Program-made: the position numbers and the translations under genes
From: Eledone cirrhosa
Taxonomy: Eukaryota
Assembly: GCA_964016885.1 (NCBI GenBank)
Contig: OZ024740.1
Coordinates: forward strand, 399,590,001 to 399,654,000
Length of the DNA: 64,000 bases
Direction: 5' to 3'
In this document: positions 42,600 to 57,500 of the stretch, one piece after another
How positions within the stretch are numbered: the stretch's first letter is position 1
Layout of the letters: every line of letters starts with the position of its first letter
Notes under the pieces: model-generated
Database searches by the model: none
What the model was told of the DNA's origin: nothing
The model's input: only the letters and a program-made list of their open reading frames with translations

Positions 42600-45500
42600 G
42601 CTGGGTGCTTTTTGTTGTGACTCCTAAATGACCACTTTAAAGTGGGATGGGTGCTTTTTGTTGTGACTCCTACATGACCATTTTACAGAGTGGGCTCGGC
42701 GCTTTTTGTTGTGACTCCTACACGACCATTTTACACTCTGGGCTGGGTGCTTTTTGTTGTGACTCCTACATGACCACTTTACAGTGGGATGGGTGCTTTT
42801 TGTTGCGACTCCTAAATGACCACTTTACAGTGGGATGGGTGCTTTTTGTTGTGACTCCTACACGACCACTTTACACTGTGGGCTGGGTACTTTTTGTGAT
42901 GACTTCTACACGACAACTTTACAGTGTGGGCTGGGTGCTTTTTGTCGGGACTCCTACACGACCACTTTACAGTGTGGGCTGGGTGGTTTTTGTTTTGACT
43001 CCTACATGACCACTTTACAGTGGGCTGGGTGCTTTTTGTTGTGACTCCTACATGACCACTTTACACTCTGGGCTGGGTGCTTTTTGTTATGACTTCTACA
43101 CGACCACTTTACAGTGTGGGCTCGGTGCTTTTTGTTGTGACTCCTACACGACCACTTTACAATCTGGGCTGGGTGCTTATTGTTGTGACTCCTACACAAC
43201 CACTTTCCAGTGTGGGCTGGGTGCTTTTTGTTGTGACTCCTAAATGACCACTTTACAGTGGGATGGGTGCTTTTTGTTGTGACTCCTACATGACCATTTT
43301 ACAGTGTGGGCTGGGTGCTTTTTGTTTTGACTCCTACATGACCACTTTACAGTGGGATGGGTGCTTTTTGTTGCGAATCCTACACGACCACTTTACAGTG
43401 TGGGCTGGGTGCTTTTTTTGTGACTCCTACACGACTACTTTACACTCTGGGCTGGGTGCTTTTTGTTGTGACTCCTACACGACCACTTTACACTGTGGGC
43501 TGGGTGCTTTTTGTTATGACTTCTACACGACCACTTTACAGTGTGGGCTCGGTGCTTTTTGTTGTGACTCCTACACGACCATTTTACACTCTGGGCTGGG
43601 TACTTTTTGTTGTGACTCCTACACGACCACTTTACACTGTGGGCTGGGTGCTTTTTGTTGGGACTCCTACACGACCACTTTACACCCTGGGTTGGGTGCT
43701 TTTTGTTGGGACTCCTACACGACCACTTTACACTGTGGGCTGGGTGCTTTCTGTTGGGACTCCTACACGACCACTTTACACTCTGGGCTGGGTGCTTTTT
43801 GTTGTGACTCCTACACGACCACTTTACACTGTGGGCTGGGTGCTTTTTGTTGGGACTCCTACACGACCACTTTACACTGTGGGCTGGGTGCTTTTTGTTG
43901 GGACTCCTACACGACCATTTTACACTCTGGGCTGGGTACTTTTTGTTGTGACTCCTACACGACCACTTTACACTGTGGGCTGGGTGCTTTTTGTTGGGAC
44001 TCCTACACGACCATTTTACACTCTGGGCTGGGTACTTTTTGTTGTGACTCCTACACGACCACTTTACACTGTGGGCTGGGTGCTTTTTGTTGGGACTCCT
44101 ACACGACCACTTTACACCCTGGGTTGGGTGCTTTTTGTTGGGACTCCTACACGACCACTTTACACTGTGGGCTGGGTGCTTTCTGTTGGGACTCCTACAC
44201 GACCACTTTACACTCTGGGCTGGGTGCTTTTTGTTGTGACTCCTACACGACCACTTTACACTGTGGGCTGGGTGCTTTTTGTTGGGACTCCTACACGACC
44301 ACTTTACACTCTGGGCTGGGTGCTTTTTGTTATGACTTCTACACGACCACTTTACAGTGTGGGCTCGGTGCTTTTTGTTGTGACTCCTACACGACCACTT
44401 TACACTCTGGGCTGGGTGCTTATTGTTGTGACTCCTACACAACCACTTTACAGTGTGGGCTGGGTGCTCTTTGTTGTGACTCCTAAATGACCACTTTACA
44501 GTGGGATGGGTGCTTTTTGTTGTGACTCCTACACGACCACTTTACACTGTGGGCTGGGTGCTTTTTGTTATGACTTCTACACGACCACTTTACAGTGTGG
44601 GCTCGGTGCTTTTTGTTGTGACTCCTACACGACCACTTTACACTCTGGGCTGGGTGCTTATTGTTGTGACTCCTACACAACCACTTTACACTGTGGGCTG
44701 GGTGCTTTCTGTTGGGACTCCTACACGACCACTTTACACTCTGGGCTGGGTGCTTTTTGTTGGGACTCCTACACGACCACTTTAGACTCTGGGCTGGGTG
44801 CTTTTTGTTGACTTCTACATGACCACTTTACAGTGTGGGCTCGGTGCTTTTTGTTGTGACTCCTACACGACCACTTTACACTCTGGGCTGGGTGCTTATT
44901 GTTGTGACTCCTACACAACCACTTTCCAGTGTGGGCTGGGTGCTTTTTGTTGTGACTCCTAAATGACCACTTTACAGTGGGATGGGTGCTTTTTGTTGTG
45001 ACTCCTACATGACCATTTTACAGTGTGGGCTCGGTGCTTTTTGTTGTGACTCCTACACGACCATTTTACACTCTGGGCTGGGTGCTTTTTGTTGTGACTC
45101 CTACATGACCACTTTACAGTGGGATGGGTGCTTTTTGTTGCGACTCCTAAATGACCACTTTACAGTGGGATGGGTGCTTTTTGTTGTGACTCCTACACGA
45201 CCACTTTACACTGTGGGCTGGGTACTTTTTGTGATGACTTCTACACGACCACTTTACAGTGTGGGCTCGGTGCTTTTTATTGTGACTCCTACACGACTAC
45301 TTTACAGTGTGGGATGGGTGCTTTCTGTTGTGACTCCTACACGACCCCTTTACACTGTGGGCTGGGTGCTTTTTGTTGTGACTCCTACACAACCACTTTC
45401 CAGTGTGGGCTGGGTGCTTTTTGTTGTGACTCCTAAATGACCACTTTACAGTGGGATGGGTGCTTTTTGTTGTGACTCCTACATGACCATTTTACAGTGT

Positions 45501-48500
45501 GGGCTCGGTGCTTTTTGTTGTGACTCCTACACGACCATTTTACACTCTGGGCTGGGTGCTTTTTGTTGTGACTCCTACATGACCACTTTACAGTGGGATG
45601 GGTGCTTTTTGTTGCGACTCCTAAATGACCACTTTACAGTGGGATGGGTGCTTTTTGTTGTGACTCCTACACGACCACTTTACACTGTGGGCTGGGTGCT
45701 TTTTGTTATGACTTCTACACGACCACTTTACACTGTGGGCTCGGTGCTTTTTATTGTGACTCCTACACGACTACTTTACAGTGTGGGATGGGTGCTTTTT
45801 GTTGTGACTCCTACACGACCCCTTTACACTGTGGGCTGGGTGCTTTTTGTTGGGACTCCTACACGACCACTTTACACTGTGGGATGGGTGCTTTTTGTTG
45901 TGACTCCTACACGACCACTTTACACTCTGGGCTGGGTGCTTTTTGTTGTGACTCCTACACGACCACTTTACACTGTGGGCTGGGTGCTTTTTGTTATGAC
46001 TTCTACACGACCACTTTACAGTGTGGGCTCGGTGCTTTTTGTTGTGACTCCTACACGACCATTTTACACTCTGGGCTGGGTGCTTTTTGTTGTGACTCCT
46101 ACACGACCACTTTACACTGTGGGCTGGGTGCTTTTTGTTGGGACTCCTACACGACCACTTTACACCCTGGGTTGGGTGCTTTTTGTTGGGACTCCTACAC
46201 GACCACTTTACACTGTGGGCTGGGTGCTTTCTGTTGGGACTCCTACACGACCACTTTACACTCTGGGCTGGGTGCTTTTTGTTGGGACTCCTACACGACC
46301 ACTTTACACTGTGGGCTGGGTGCTTTTTGTTGGGACTCCTACACGACCACTTTACACCCTGGGTTGGGTGCTTTTTGTTGGGACTCCTACACGACCACTT
46401 TACACTGTGGGCTGGGTGCTTTCTGTTGGGACTCCTACACGACCACTTTACACTCTGGGCTGGGTGCTTTTTGTTATGACTTCTACACGACCACTTTACA
46501 GTGTGGGCTCGGTGCTTTTTGTTGTGACTCCTACACGACCACTTTACACTCTGGGCTGGGTGCTTATTGTTGTGACTCCTACACAACCACTTTCCAGTGT
46601 GGGCTGGGTGCTTTTTGTTGTGACTCCTAAATGACCACTTTACAGTGGGATGGGTGCTTTTTGTTGTGACTCCTACATGACCATTTTACAGAGTGGGCTC
46701 GGCGCTTTTTGTTGTGACTCCTACACGACCATTTTACACTCTGGGCTGGGTGCTTTTTGTTGTGACTCCTACATGACCACTTTACAGTGGGATGGGTGCT
46801 TTTTGTTGCGACTCCTAAATGACCACTTTACAGTGGGATGGGTGCTTTTTGTTGTGACTCCTACACGACCACTTTACACTGTGGGCTGGGTACTTTTTGT
46901 GATGACTTCTACACGACCACTTTACAGTGTGGGCTGGGTGCTTTTTGTCGGGACTCCTACACGACCACTTTACAGTGTGGGCTGGGTGGTTTTTGTTTTG
47001 ACTCCTACATGACCACTTTACAGTGGGCTGGGTGCTTTTTGTTGTGACTCCTACATGACCACTTTACACTCTGGGCTGGGTGCTTTTTGTTATGACTTCT
47101 ACACGACCACTTTACAGTGTGGGATCGGTGCTTTTTGTTGTGACTCCTACACGACCACTTTACACTCTGGGCTGGGTGCTTATTGTTGTGACTCCTACAC
47201 AACCACTTTCCAGTGTGGGCTGGGTGCTTTTTGTTGTGACTCCTAAATGACCACTTTACAGTGGGATGGGTGCTTTTTGTTGTGACTCCTACATGACCAT
47301 TTTACAGTGTGGGCTGGGTGCTTTTTGTTTTGACTCCTACATGACCACTTTACAGTGGGATGGGTGCTTTTTGTTGCGAATCCTACACGACCACTTTACA
47401 GTGTGGGCTGGGTGCTTTTTTTTGTGACTCCTACACGACTACTTTACACTCTGGGCTGGGTGCTTTTTGTTGTGAATCCTACACGACCACTTTACACCGT
47501 GGGCTGGGTGCTTTTTGTTATGACTTCTACACGACCACTTTACACTGTCGGCTCGGTGCTTTTTGTTGTGACTCCTACACAACCACTTTACAGTGTGGGC
47601 TGGGTGCTTTTTTGTTGTGAATCCTACACGACCACTTCACACTCTGGGCTGGGTGCTTTTTGTTATGACTTCTATAAGACCACTTTACAGTGTGGGATGG
47701 GTGCTTTTTGTTGTGACTCCTACATGACCACTTTACACTCTGGGCTGGGTGCTTTTTGTTGTGACTCCTACACGACCACTTTACACCGTGGGCTGGGTGC
47801 TTTTTGTTATGACTTCTACACGACCACTTTACACTGTGGGCTCGGTGCTTTTTGTTGTGACACCTACACAACCACTTTACAGTGTGGGCTGCGTGCTTTT
47901 TGTTGTGAATCCTACACGACCACTTTACACTCTGGGCTGGGTGCTTTTTGTTATGACTTCTATACGACCACTTTACAGTGTGGGATGGGTGCTTTTTGTT
48001 ATGACTTCTATACGACCACTTTACACTGTGGCCTCGGTGCTTTTTATTGTGACTCCTACACGACTACTTTACAGTGTGGGATGGGTGCTTTTTGTTGTGA
48101 CTCCTACACGACCACTTTACACTCTGGGCTCGGTGCTTTTTGTTGGGACTCCTACACGACCACTTTACACTGTGGGCTGGGTGCTTTTTGTTGGGACTCC
48201 TACACGACCACTTTACACTCTGGGTTGGGTGCTTTTTGTTGGGACTCCTACACGACCACTTTACATTGTGGGCTGGGTGCTTTCTGTTGGGACTCCTACA
48301 CGACCACTTTACACTGTGGGCTGGGTGCTTTTTGTTGGGACTCCTACACGACCACTTTACACTCTGGGCTGGGTGCTTTTTGTTGACTTCTACATGACCA
48401 CTTTACAGTGTGGGCTGGGTGCTTTTTGTTGTGACTCCTACACGACCACTTTACACTCTGGGCTGGGTGCTTTTTGTTGTGACTCCTACACGACCACATT

Positions 48501-51500
48501 ACACTGTGGGCTGGGTGCTTTTTGTTATGACTTCTACACGACCACTTTACAGTGTGGGCTGGGTGCTTTTTGTTGTGACTCATACACAACCACTTTACAG
48601 TGTGGGCTGGGTGCTTTTTGTTGTGACTCCTAAATGACCACTTTAAAGTGGGATGGGTGCTTTTTGTTTTGACTCCTACACGACCACTTTACACTCTGGG
48701 CTGGGTGCTTTTTGTTGTGACTCATACACAACGACTTTACAGTGTGGGCTGGGTGCTTTTTGTTGTGACTCCTAAATGACCACTTTACAGTGGGATGGGT
48801 GCTTTTTGTTGTGACTCCTACACGACCAATTTACAGTGTGGGCTGGGTGCTTTTTGTTTTCACTCCAACATGACCACTTTACAGTGGGATGGGTGCTTTT
48901 TGTTGCGACTCCTACACGACCACTTTACAGTGTGGGCTGTGTGCTTTTTTTTGTGACTCCTACACGACTACTTTACAGTGTGGGCTGGGTGCTTTTTGTT
49001 GTGACTCCTACACGACCACTTTACACTCTGGGCTGGGTGCTTTTTGTTGGGACTCCTACACGACCACTTTACACTCTGGGCTGGGTACTTTTTGTTGTGA
49101 CTCCTACACGACCACTTTACACCGTGGGCTGGGTGCTTTTTGTTATGACTTCTACACGACCACTTTACAGTGTGGGCTCGGTGCTTTTTGTTGGGACTCC
49201 TAAATGACCACATTACACTCTGGGCTGGGTGCTTTTTGTTATGACTTCTATACGACCACTTTACAGTGTGGGATGGGTGCTTTTTGTTGTGTCTCCTAAA
49301 TGACCACTTTACACTGTGGGCTGGGTGCTTTTTGTTGTGACTCCTACACGACCACTTTACACTGTGGGCTGGGTGCTTTTTGTTATGACTTCTACACGAC
49401 CACTTTACACTGTGGGCTCGGTGCTTTTTATTGTGACTCCTACGAGACTACTTTACAGTGTGGGATGGGTGCTTTTTGTTGTGACTCCTACACGACCCCT
49501 TTACACTGTGGGCTGGGTGCTTTTTGTTGTGACTCCTACACGACCACTTTACACTCTGGGCTGGGTGCTTTTTGTTGGGACTCCTACACGACCACTTTAC
49601 ACTGTGGGCTGGGTGCTTTTTGTTGGGACTCCTACACGACCACTTTACACTGTGGGATGGGTGCTTTTTGTTGTGACTCCTACACGACCACTTTACACTC
49701 TGGGCTGGGTGCTTTTTGTTGTGACTCCTACACGACCACTTTACACTGTGGGCTGGGTGCTTTTTGTTGGGACTCCTACACGACCACTTTACACTGTGGG
49801 CTGGGTGCTTTTTGTTATGACTTCTACACGACCACTTTACAGTGTGGGCTGGGTGCTTTTTGTTGTGACTCCTACACGACCACTTTACACTGTGGGCTCG
49901 GTGCTTTTTATTGTGACTCCTACACGACCACTTTACACTGTGGGCTCGGTGCTTTTTGTTGTGACTCCTACACGACCCCTTTACACTGTGGGCTGGGTGC
50001 TTTTTGTTGTGACTCCTACACGACTACTTTACAGTGTGGGATGGGTGCTTTTTGTTGGGACTCCTACACGACTACTTTACAGTGTGGGATGGGTGCTTTT
50101 TGTTGGGACTCCTACATGACCACTTTACAGTGGGATGGGTGCTTTTTGTTGTGACTCCTACACGACCACTTTACACCGTGGGCTGGGTGCTTTTTGTTGG
50201 GACTCCTACACGACTACTTTACAGTGTGGGATGGGTGCTTTTTGTTGTGACTCCTACACGACCCCTTTACACTGTGGGCTGGGTGCTTTTTGTTGTGACT
50301 CCTACACGACTACTTTACAGTGTGGGATGGGTGCTTTTTGTTGTGACTCCTACACGACCCCTTTACACTGTGGGCTGGGTGCTTTTTGTTGTGACTCCTA
50401 CACGACTACTTTACAGTGTGGGATGGGTGCTTTTTGTTGTGACTCCTACACGACCCCTTTACACTGTGGGCTGGGTGCTTTTTGTTGTGACTCCTACACG
50501 ACCACTTTACACTCTGGGCTGGGTGCTTTTTGTTGGGACTCCTACACGACCACTTTACACTGTGGGATGGGTGCTTTTTGTTGTGACTCCTACACGACCA
50601 CTTTACACTCTGGGCTGGGTGCTTTTTGTTGTGACTCCTACATGACCACTTTACAGTGGGATGGGTACTTTTTGTTGTGACTCCTACACGACCACTTTAC
50701 ACCGTGGGCTGGGTGCTTTTTGTTGGGACTCCTACACGACCACTTTACACCCTGGGTTGGGTGCTTTTTGTTGGGACTCCTACACGACCACTTTACACTG
50801 TGGGCTGGGTGCTTTTTGTTGGGACTCCTACACGACCACTTTACACTCTGGGCTGGGTGCTTTTTGTTATGACTTCTACATGACCACTTTACAGTGTGGG
50901 TTGGGTGCTTTTTGTTGTGACTCCTACACGACCACTTTACAGTGTGGGCTGGGTGCTTTTTTTTGTGACTCCTACACGACCACTTTACACTCTGGGCTGG
51001 GTGCTTATTGTTGTGACTCCTACACAACCACTTTCCAGTGTGGGCTGGGTGCTTTTTGTTGTGACACCTAAATGACCACTTTACAGTGGGATGGGTGCTT
51101 TTTGTTGTGACTCCTACATGACCATTTTACAGAGTGGGCTCGGCGCTTTTTGTTGTGACTCCTACACGACCATTTTACACTCTGGGCTGGGTGCTTTTTG
51201 TTGTGACTCCTACATGACCACTTTACAGTGGGATGGGTGCTTTTTGTTGCGACTCCTAAATGACCACTTTACAGTGGGATGGGTGCTTTTTGTTGTGACT
51301 CCTACACGACCACTTTACACTGTGGGCTGGGTACTTTTTGTGATGACTTCTACACGACCACTTTACAGTGTGGGCTGGGTGCTTTTTGTCGGGACTCCTA
51401 CACGACCACTTTACAGTGTGGGCTGGGTGGTTTTTGTTTTGACTCCTACATGACCACTTTACAGTGGGCTGGGTGCTTTTTGTTGTGACTCCTACATGAC

Positions 51501-54500
51501 CACTTTACACTCTGGGCTGGGTGCTTTTTGTTATGACTTCTACACGACCACTTTACAGTGTGGGCTCGGTGCTTTTTGTTGTGACTCCTACACGACCACT
51601 TTACACTCTGGGCTGGGTGCTTATTGTTGTGACTCCTACACAACCACTTTCCAGTGTGGGCTGGGTGCTTTTTGTTGTGACTCCTAAATGACCACTTTAC
51701 AGTGGGATGGGTGCTTTTTGTTGTGACTCCTACATGACCATTTTACAGTGTGGGCTGGGTGCTTTTTGTTTTGACTCCTACATGACCACTTTACAGTGGG
51801 ATGGGTGCTTTTTGTTGCGAATCCTACACGACCACTTTACAGTGTGGGCTGGGTGCTTTTTTTTGTGACTCCTACACGACTACTTTACACTCTGGGCTGG
51901 GTGCTTTTTGTTGTGAATCCTACACGACCACTTTACACCGTGGGCTGGGTGCTTTTTGTTATGACTTCTACACGACCACTTTACACTGTCGGCTCGGTGC
52001 TTTTTGTTGTGACTCCTACACAACCACTTTACAGTGTGGGCTGGGTGCTTTTTTGTTGTGAATCCTACACGACCACTTTACACTCTGGGCTGGGTGCTTT
52101 TTGTTATGACTTCTATAAGACCACTTTACAGTGTGGGATGGGTACTTTTTGTTGTGACTCCTACATGACCACTTTACACTCTGGGCTGGGTGCTTTTTGT
52201 TGTGACTCCTACACGACCACTTTACACCGTGGGCTGGGTGCTTTTTGTTATGACTTCTACACGACCACTTTACACTGTGGGCTCGGTGCTTTTTGTTGTG
52301 ACACCTACACAACCACTTTACAGTGTGGGCTGCGTGCTTTTTGTTGTGAATCCTACACGACCACTTTACACTCTGGGCTGGGTGCTTTTTGTTATGACTT
52401 CTATACGACCACTTTACAGTGTGGGATGGGTGCTTTTTGTTATGACTTCTATACGACCACTTTACACTGTGGCCTCGGTGCTTTTTATTGTGACTCCTAC
52501 ACGACTACTTTACAGTGTGGGATGGGTGCTTTTTGTTGTGACTCCTACACGACCACTTTACACTCTGGGCTCGGTGCTTTTTGTTGGGACTCCTACACGA
52601 CCACTTTACACTGTGGGCTGGATGCTTTTTGTTGGGACTCCTACACGACCACTTTACACTCTGGGTTGGGTGCTTTTTGTTGGGACTCCTACACGACCAC
52701 TTTACACTGTGGGCTGGGTGCTTTCTGTTGGGACTCCTACACGACCACTTTACACTGTGGGCTGGGTGCTTTTTGTTGGGACTCCTACACGACCACTTTA
52801 CACTCTGGGCTGGGTGCTTTTTGTTGACTTCTACATGACCACTTTACAGTGTGGGCTGGGTGCTTTTTGTTGTGACTCCTACACGACCACTTTACACTCT
52901 GGGCTGGGTGCTTTTTGTTGTGACTCCTACACGACCACATTACACTGTGGGCTGGGTGCTTTTTGTTATGACTTCTACACGACCACTTTACAGTGTGGGC
53001 TGGGTGCTTTTTGTTGTGACTCATACACAACCACTTTACAGTGTGGGCTGGGTGCTTTTTGTTGTGACTCCTAAATGACCACTTTAAAGTGGGATGGGTG
53101 CTTTTTGTTTTGACTCCTACACGACCACTTTACACTCTGGGCTGGGTGCTTTTTGTTGTGACTCATACACAACGACTTTACAGTGTGGGCTGGGTGCTTT
53201 TTGTTGTGACTCCTAAATGACCACTTTACAGTGGGATGGGTGCTTTTTATTGTGACTCCTACACGACCAATTTACAGTGTGGGCTGGGTGCTTTTTGTTT
53301 TCACTCCAACATGACCACTTTACAGTGGGATGGGTGCTTTTTGTTGCGACTCCTACACGACCACTTTACAGTGTGGGCTGGGTGCTTTTTTTTGTGACTC
53401 CTACACGACTACTTTACAGTGTGGGCTGGGTGCTTTTTGTTGTGACTCCTACACGACCACTTTACACTCTGGGCTGGGTGCTTTTTGTTGGGACTCCTAC
53501 ACGACCACTTTACACTCTGGGCTGGGTACTTTTTGTTGTGACTCCTACACGACCACTTTACACCGTGGGCTGGGTGCTTTTTGTTATGACTTCTACACGA
53601 CCACTTTACAGTGTGGGCTCGGTGCTTTTTGTTGGGACTCCTAAATGACCACTTTACACTCTGGGCTGGGTGCTTTTTGTTATGACTTCTATACGACCAC
53701 TTTACAGTGTGGGATGGGTGCTTTTTGTTGTGACTCCTAAATGACCACTTTACACTGTGGGCTGGGTGCTTTTTGTTGTGACTCCTACACGACCACTTTA
53801 CACTGTGGGCTGGGTGCTTTTTGTTATGACTTCTACACGACCACTTTACACTGTGGGCTCGGTGCTTTTTATTGTGACTCCTACACGACTACTTTACAGT
53901 GTGGGATGGGTGCTTTTTGTTGTGACTCCTACACGACCCCTTTACACTGTGGGCTGGGTGCTTTTTGTTGTGACTCCTACACGACCACTTTACACTCTGG
54001 GCTGGGTGCTTTTTGTTGGGACTCCTACACGACCACTTTACACTGTGGGCTGGGTGCTTTTTGTTGGGACTCCTACACGACCACTTTACACTGTGGGATG
54101 GGTGCTTTTTGTTGTGACTCCTACACGACCACTTTACACTCTGGGCTGGGTGCTTTTTGTTGTGACTCCTACACGACCACTTTACACTGTGGGCTGGGTG
54201 CTTTTTGTTGGGACTCCTACACGACCACTTTACACTGTGGGCTGGGTGCTTTTTGTTATGACTTCTACACGACCACTTTACACTGTGGGCTCGGTGCTTT
54301 TTGTTGTGACTCCTACATGACCACTTTACAGTGGGATGGGTGCTTTTTGTTGTGACTCCTACACGACCACTTTACACCGTGGGCTGGGTGCTTTTTGTTG
54401 GGACTCCTACACGACTACTTTACAGTGTGGGATGGGTGCTTTTTGTTGTGACTCCTACACGACCCCTTTACACTGTGGGCTCGGTGCTTTTTATTGTGAC

Positions 54501-57500
54501 TCCTACACGACTACTTTACAGTGTGGGATGGGTGCTTTTTGTTGTGACTCCTACACGACCCCTTTACACTGTGGGCTGGGTGCTTTTTGTTGTGACTCCT
54601 ACACGACCACTTTACACTCTGGGCTGGGTGCTTTTTGTTGGGACTCCTACACGACCACTTTACACTGTGGGATGGGTGCTTTTTGTTGTGACTCCTACAC
54701 GACCACTTTACACTCTGGGCTGGGTGCTTTTTGTTGTGACTCCTACACGACCACTTTACACTGTGGGCTGGGTGCTTTTTGTTGGGACTCCTACACGACC
54801 ACTTTACACTGTGGGATGGGTGCTTTTTGTTGTGACTCCTACACGACCACTTTACACTCTGGGCTGGGTGCTTTTTGTTGTGACTCCTACATGACCACTT
54901 TACAGTGGGATGGGTGCTTTTTGTTGGGACTCCTACACGACCACTTTACACCCTGGGTTGGGTGCTTTTTGTTGGGACTCCTACACGACCACTTTACACT
55001 GTGGGCTGGGTGCTTTTTGTTGGGACTCCTACACGACCACTTTACACTCTGGGCTGGGTGCTTTTTGTTATGACTTCTACATGACCACTTTACAGTGTGG
55101 GTTGGGTGCTTTTTGTTGTGACTCCTACACGACCACTTTACAGTGTGGGCTGGGTGCTTTTTTTTGTGACTCCTACACGACCACTTTACACTCTGGGCTG
55201 GGTGCTTATTGTTGTGACTCCTACACAACCACTTTCCAGTGTGGGCTGGGTGCTTTTTGTTGTGACTCCTAAATGACCACTTTACAGTGGGATGGGTGCT
55301 TTTTGTTGTGACTCCTACATGACCATTTTACAGAGTGGGCTCGGCGCTTTTTGTTGTGACTCCTACACGACCATTTTACACTCTGGGCTGGGTGCTTTTT
55401 GTTGTGACTCCTACATGACCACTTTACAGTGGGATGGGTGCTTTTTGTTGCGACTCCTAAATGACCACTTTACAGTGGGATGGGTGCTTTTTGTTGTGAC
55501 TCCTACACGACCACTTTACACTGTGGGCTGGGTACTTTTTGTGATGACTTCTACACGACCACTTTACAGTGTGGGCTGGGTGCTTTTTGTCGGGACTCCT
55601 ACACGACCACTTTACAGTGTGGGCTGGGTGGTTTTTGTTTTGACTCCTACATGACCACTTTACAGTGGGCTGGGTGCTTTTTGTTGTGACTCCTACATGA
55701 CCACTTTACACTCTGGGCTGGGTGCTTTTTGTTATGACTTCTACACGACCACTTTACAGTGTGGGCTCGGTGCTTTTTGTTGTGACTCCTACACGACCAC
55801 TTTACACTCTGGGCTGGGTGCTTATTGTTGTGACTCCTACACAACCACTTTCCAGTGTGGGCTGGGTGCTTTTTGTTGTGACTCCTAAATGACCACTTTA
55901 CAGTGGGATGGGTGCTTTTTGTTGTGACTCCTACATGACCATTTTACAGTGTGGGCTGGGTGCTTTTTGTTTTGACTCCTACATGACCACTTTACAGTGG
56001 GATGGGTGCTTTTTGTTGCGAATCCTACACGACCACTTTACAGTGTGGGCTGGGTGCTTTTTTTTGTGACTCCTACACGACTACTTTACAGTGTGGGCTG
56101 GGTGCTTTTTGTTGTGACTCCTACACGACCACTTTACACTCTGGGCTGGGTGCTTTTTGTTGGGACTCCTACACGACCACTTTACACTCTGGGCTGGGTA
56201 CTTTTTGTTGTGACTCCTACACGACCACTTTACACCGTGGGCTGGGTGCTTTTTGTTATGACTTCTACACGACCACTTTACAGTGTGGGCTCGGTGCTTT
56301 TTGTTGGGACTCCTAAATGACCACTTTACACTCTGGGCTGGGTGCTTTTTGTTATGACTTCTATACGACCACTTTACAGTGTGGGATGGGTGCTTTTTGT
56401 TGTGACTCCTAAATGACCACTTTACACTGTGGGCTGGGTGCTTTTTGTTGTGACTCCTACACGACCACTTTACACTGTGGGCTGGGTGCTTTTTGTTATG
56501 ACTTCTACACGACCACTTTACACTGTGGGCTCGGTGCTTTTTATTGTGACTCCTACACGACTACTTTACAGTGTGGGATGGGTGCTTTTTGTTGTGACTC
56601 CTACACGACCCCTTTACACTGTGGGCTGGGTGCTTTTTGTTGTGACTCCTACACGACCACTTTACACTCTGGGCTGGGTGCTTTTTGTTGGGACTCCTAC
56701 ACGACCACTTTACACTGTGGGCTGGGTGCTTTTTGTTGGGACTCCTACACGACCACTTTACACTGTGGGATGGGTGCTTTTTGTTGTGACTCCTACACGA
56801 CCACTTTACACTCTGGGCTGGGTGCTTTTTGTTGTGACTCCTACACGACCACTTTACACTGTGGGCTGGGTGCTTTTTGTTGGGACTCCTACACGACCAC
56901 TTTACACTGTGGGCTGGGTGCTTTTTGTTATGACTTCTACACGACCACTTTACACTGTGGGCTCGGTGCTTTTTGTTGTGACTCCTACATGACCACTTTA
57001 CAGTGGGATGGGTGCTTTTTGTTGTGACTCCTACACGACCACTTTACACCGTGGGCTGGGTGCTTTTTGTTGGGACTCCTACACGACTACTTTACAGTGT
57101 GGGATGGGTGCTTTTTGTTGTGACTCCTACACGACCCCTTTACACTGTGGGCTCGGTGCTTTTTATTGTGACTCCTACACGACTACTTTACAGTGTGGGA
57201 TGGGTGCTTTTTGTTGTGACTCCTACACGACCCCTTTACACTGTGGGCTGGGTGCTTTTTGTTGTGACTCCTACACGACCACTTTACACTCTGGGCTGGG
57301 TGCTTTTTGTTGGGACTCCTACACGACCACTTTACACTGTGGGATGGGTGCTTTTTGTTGTGACTCCTACACGACCACTTTACACTCTGGGCTGGGTGCT
57401 TTTTGTTGTGACTCCTACACGACCACTTTACACTGTGGGCTGGGTGCTTTTTGTTGGGACTCCTACACGACCACTTTACACTGTGGGATGGGTGCTTTTT

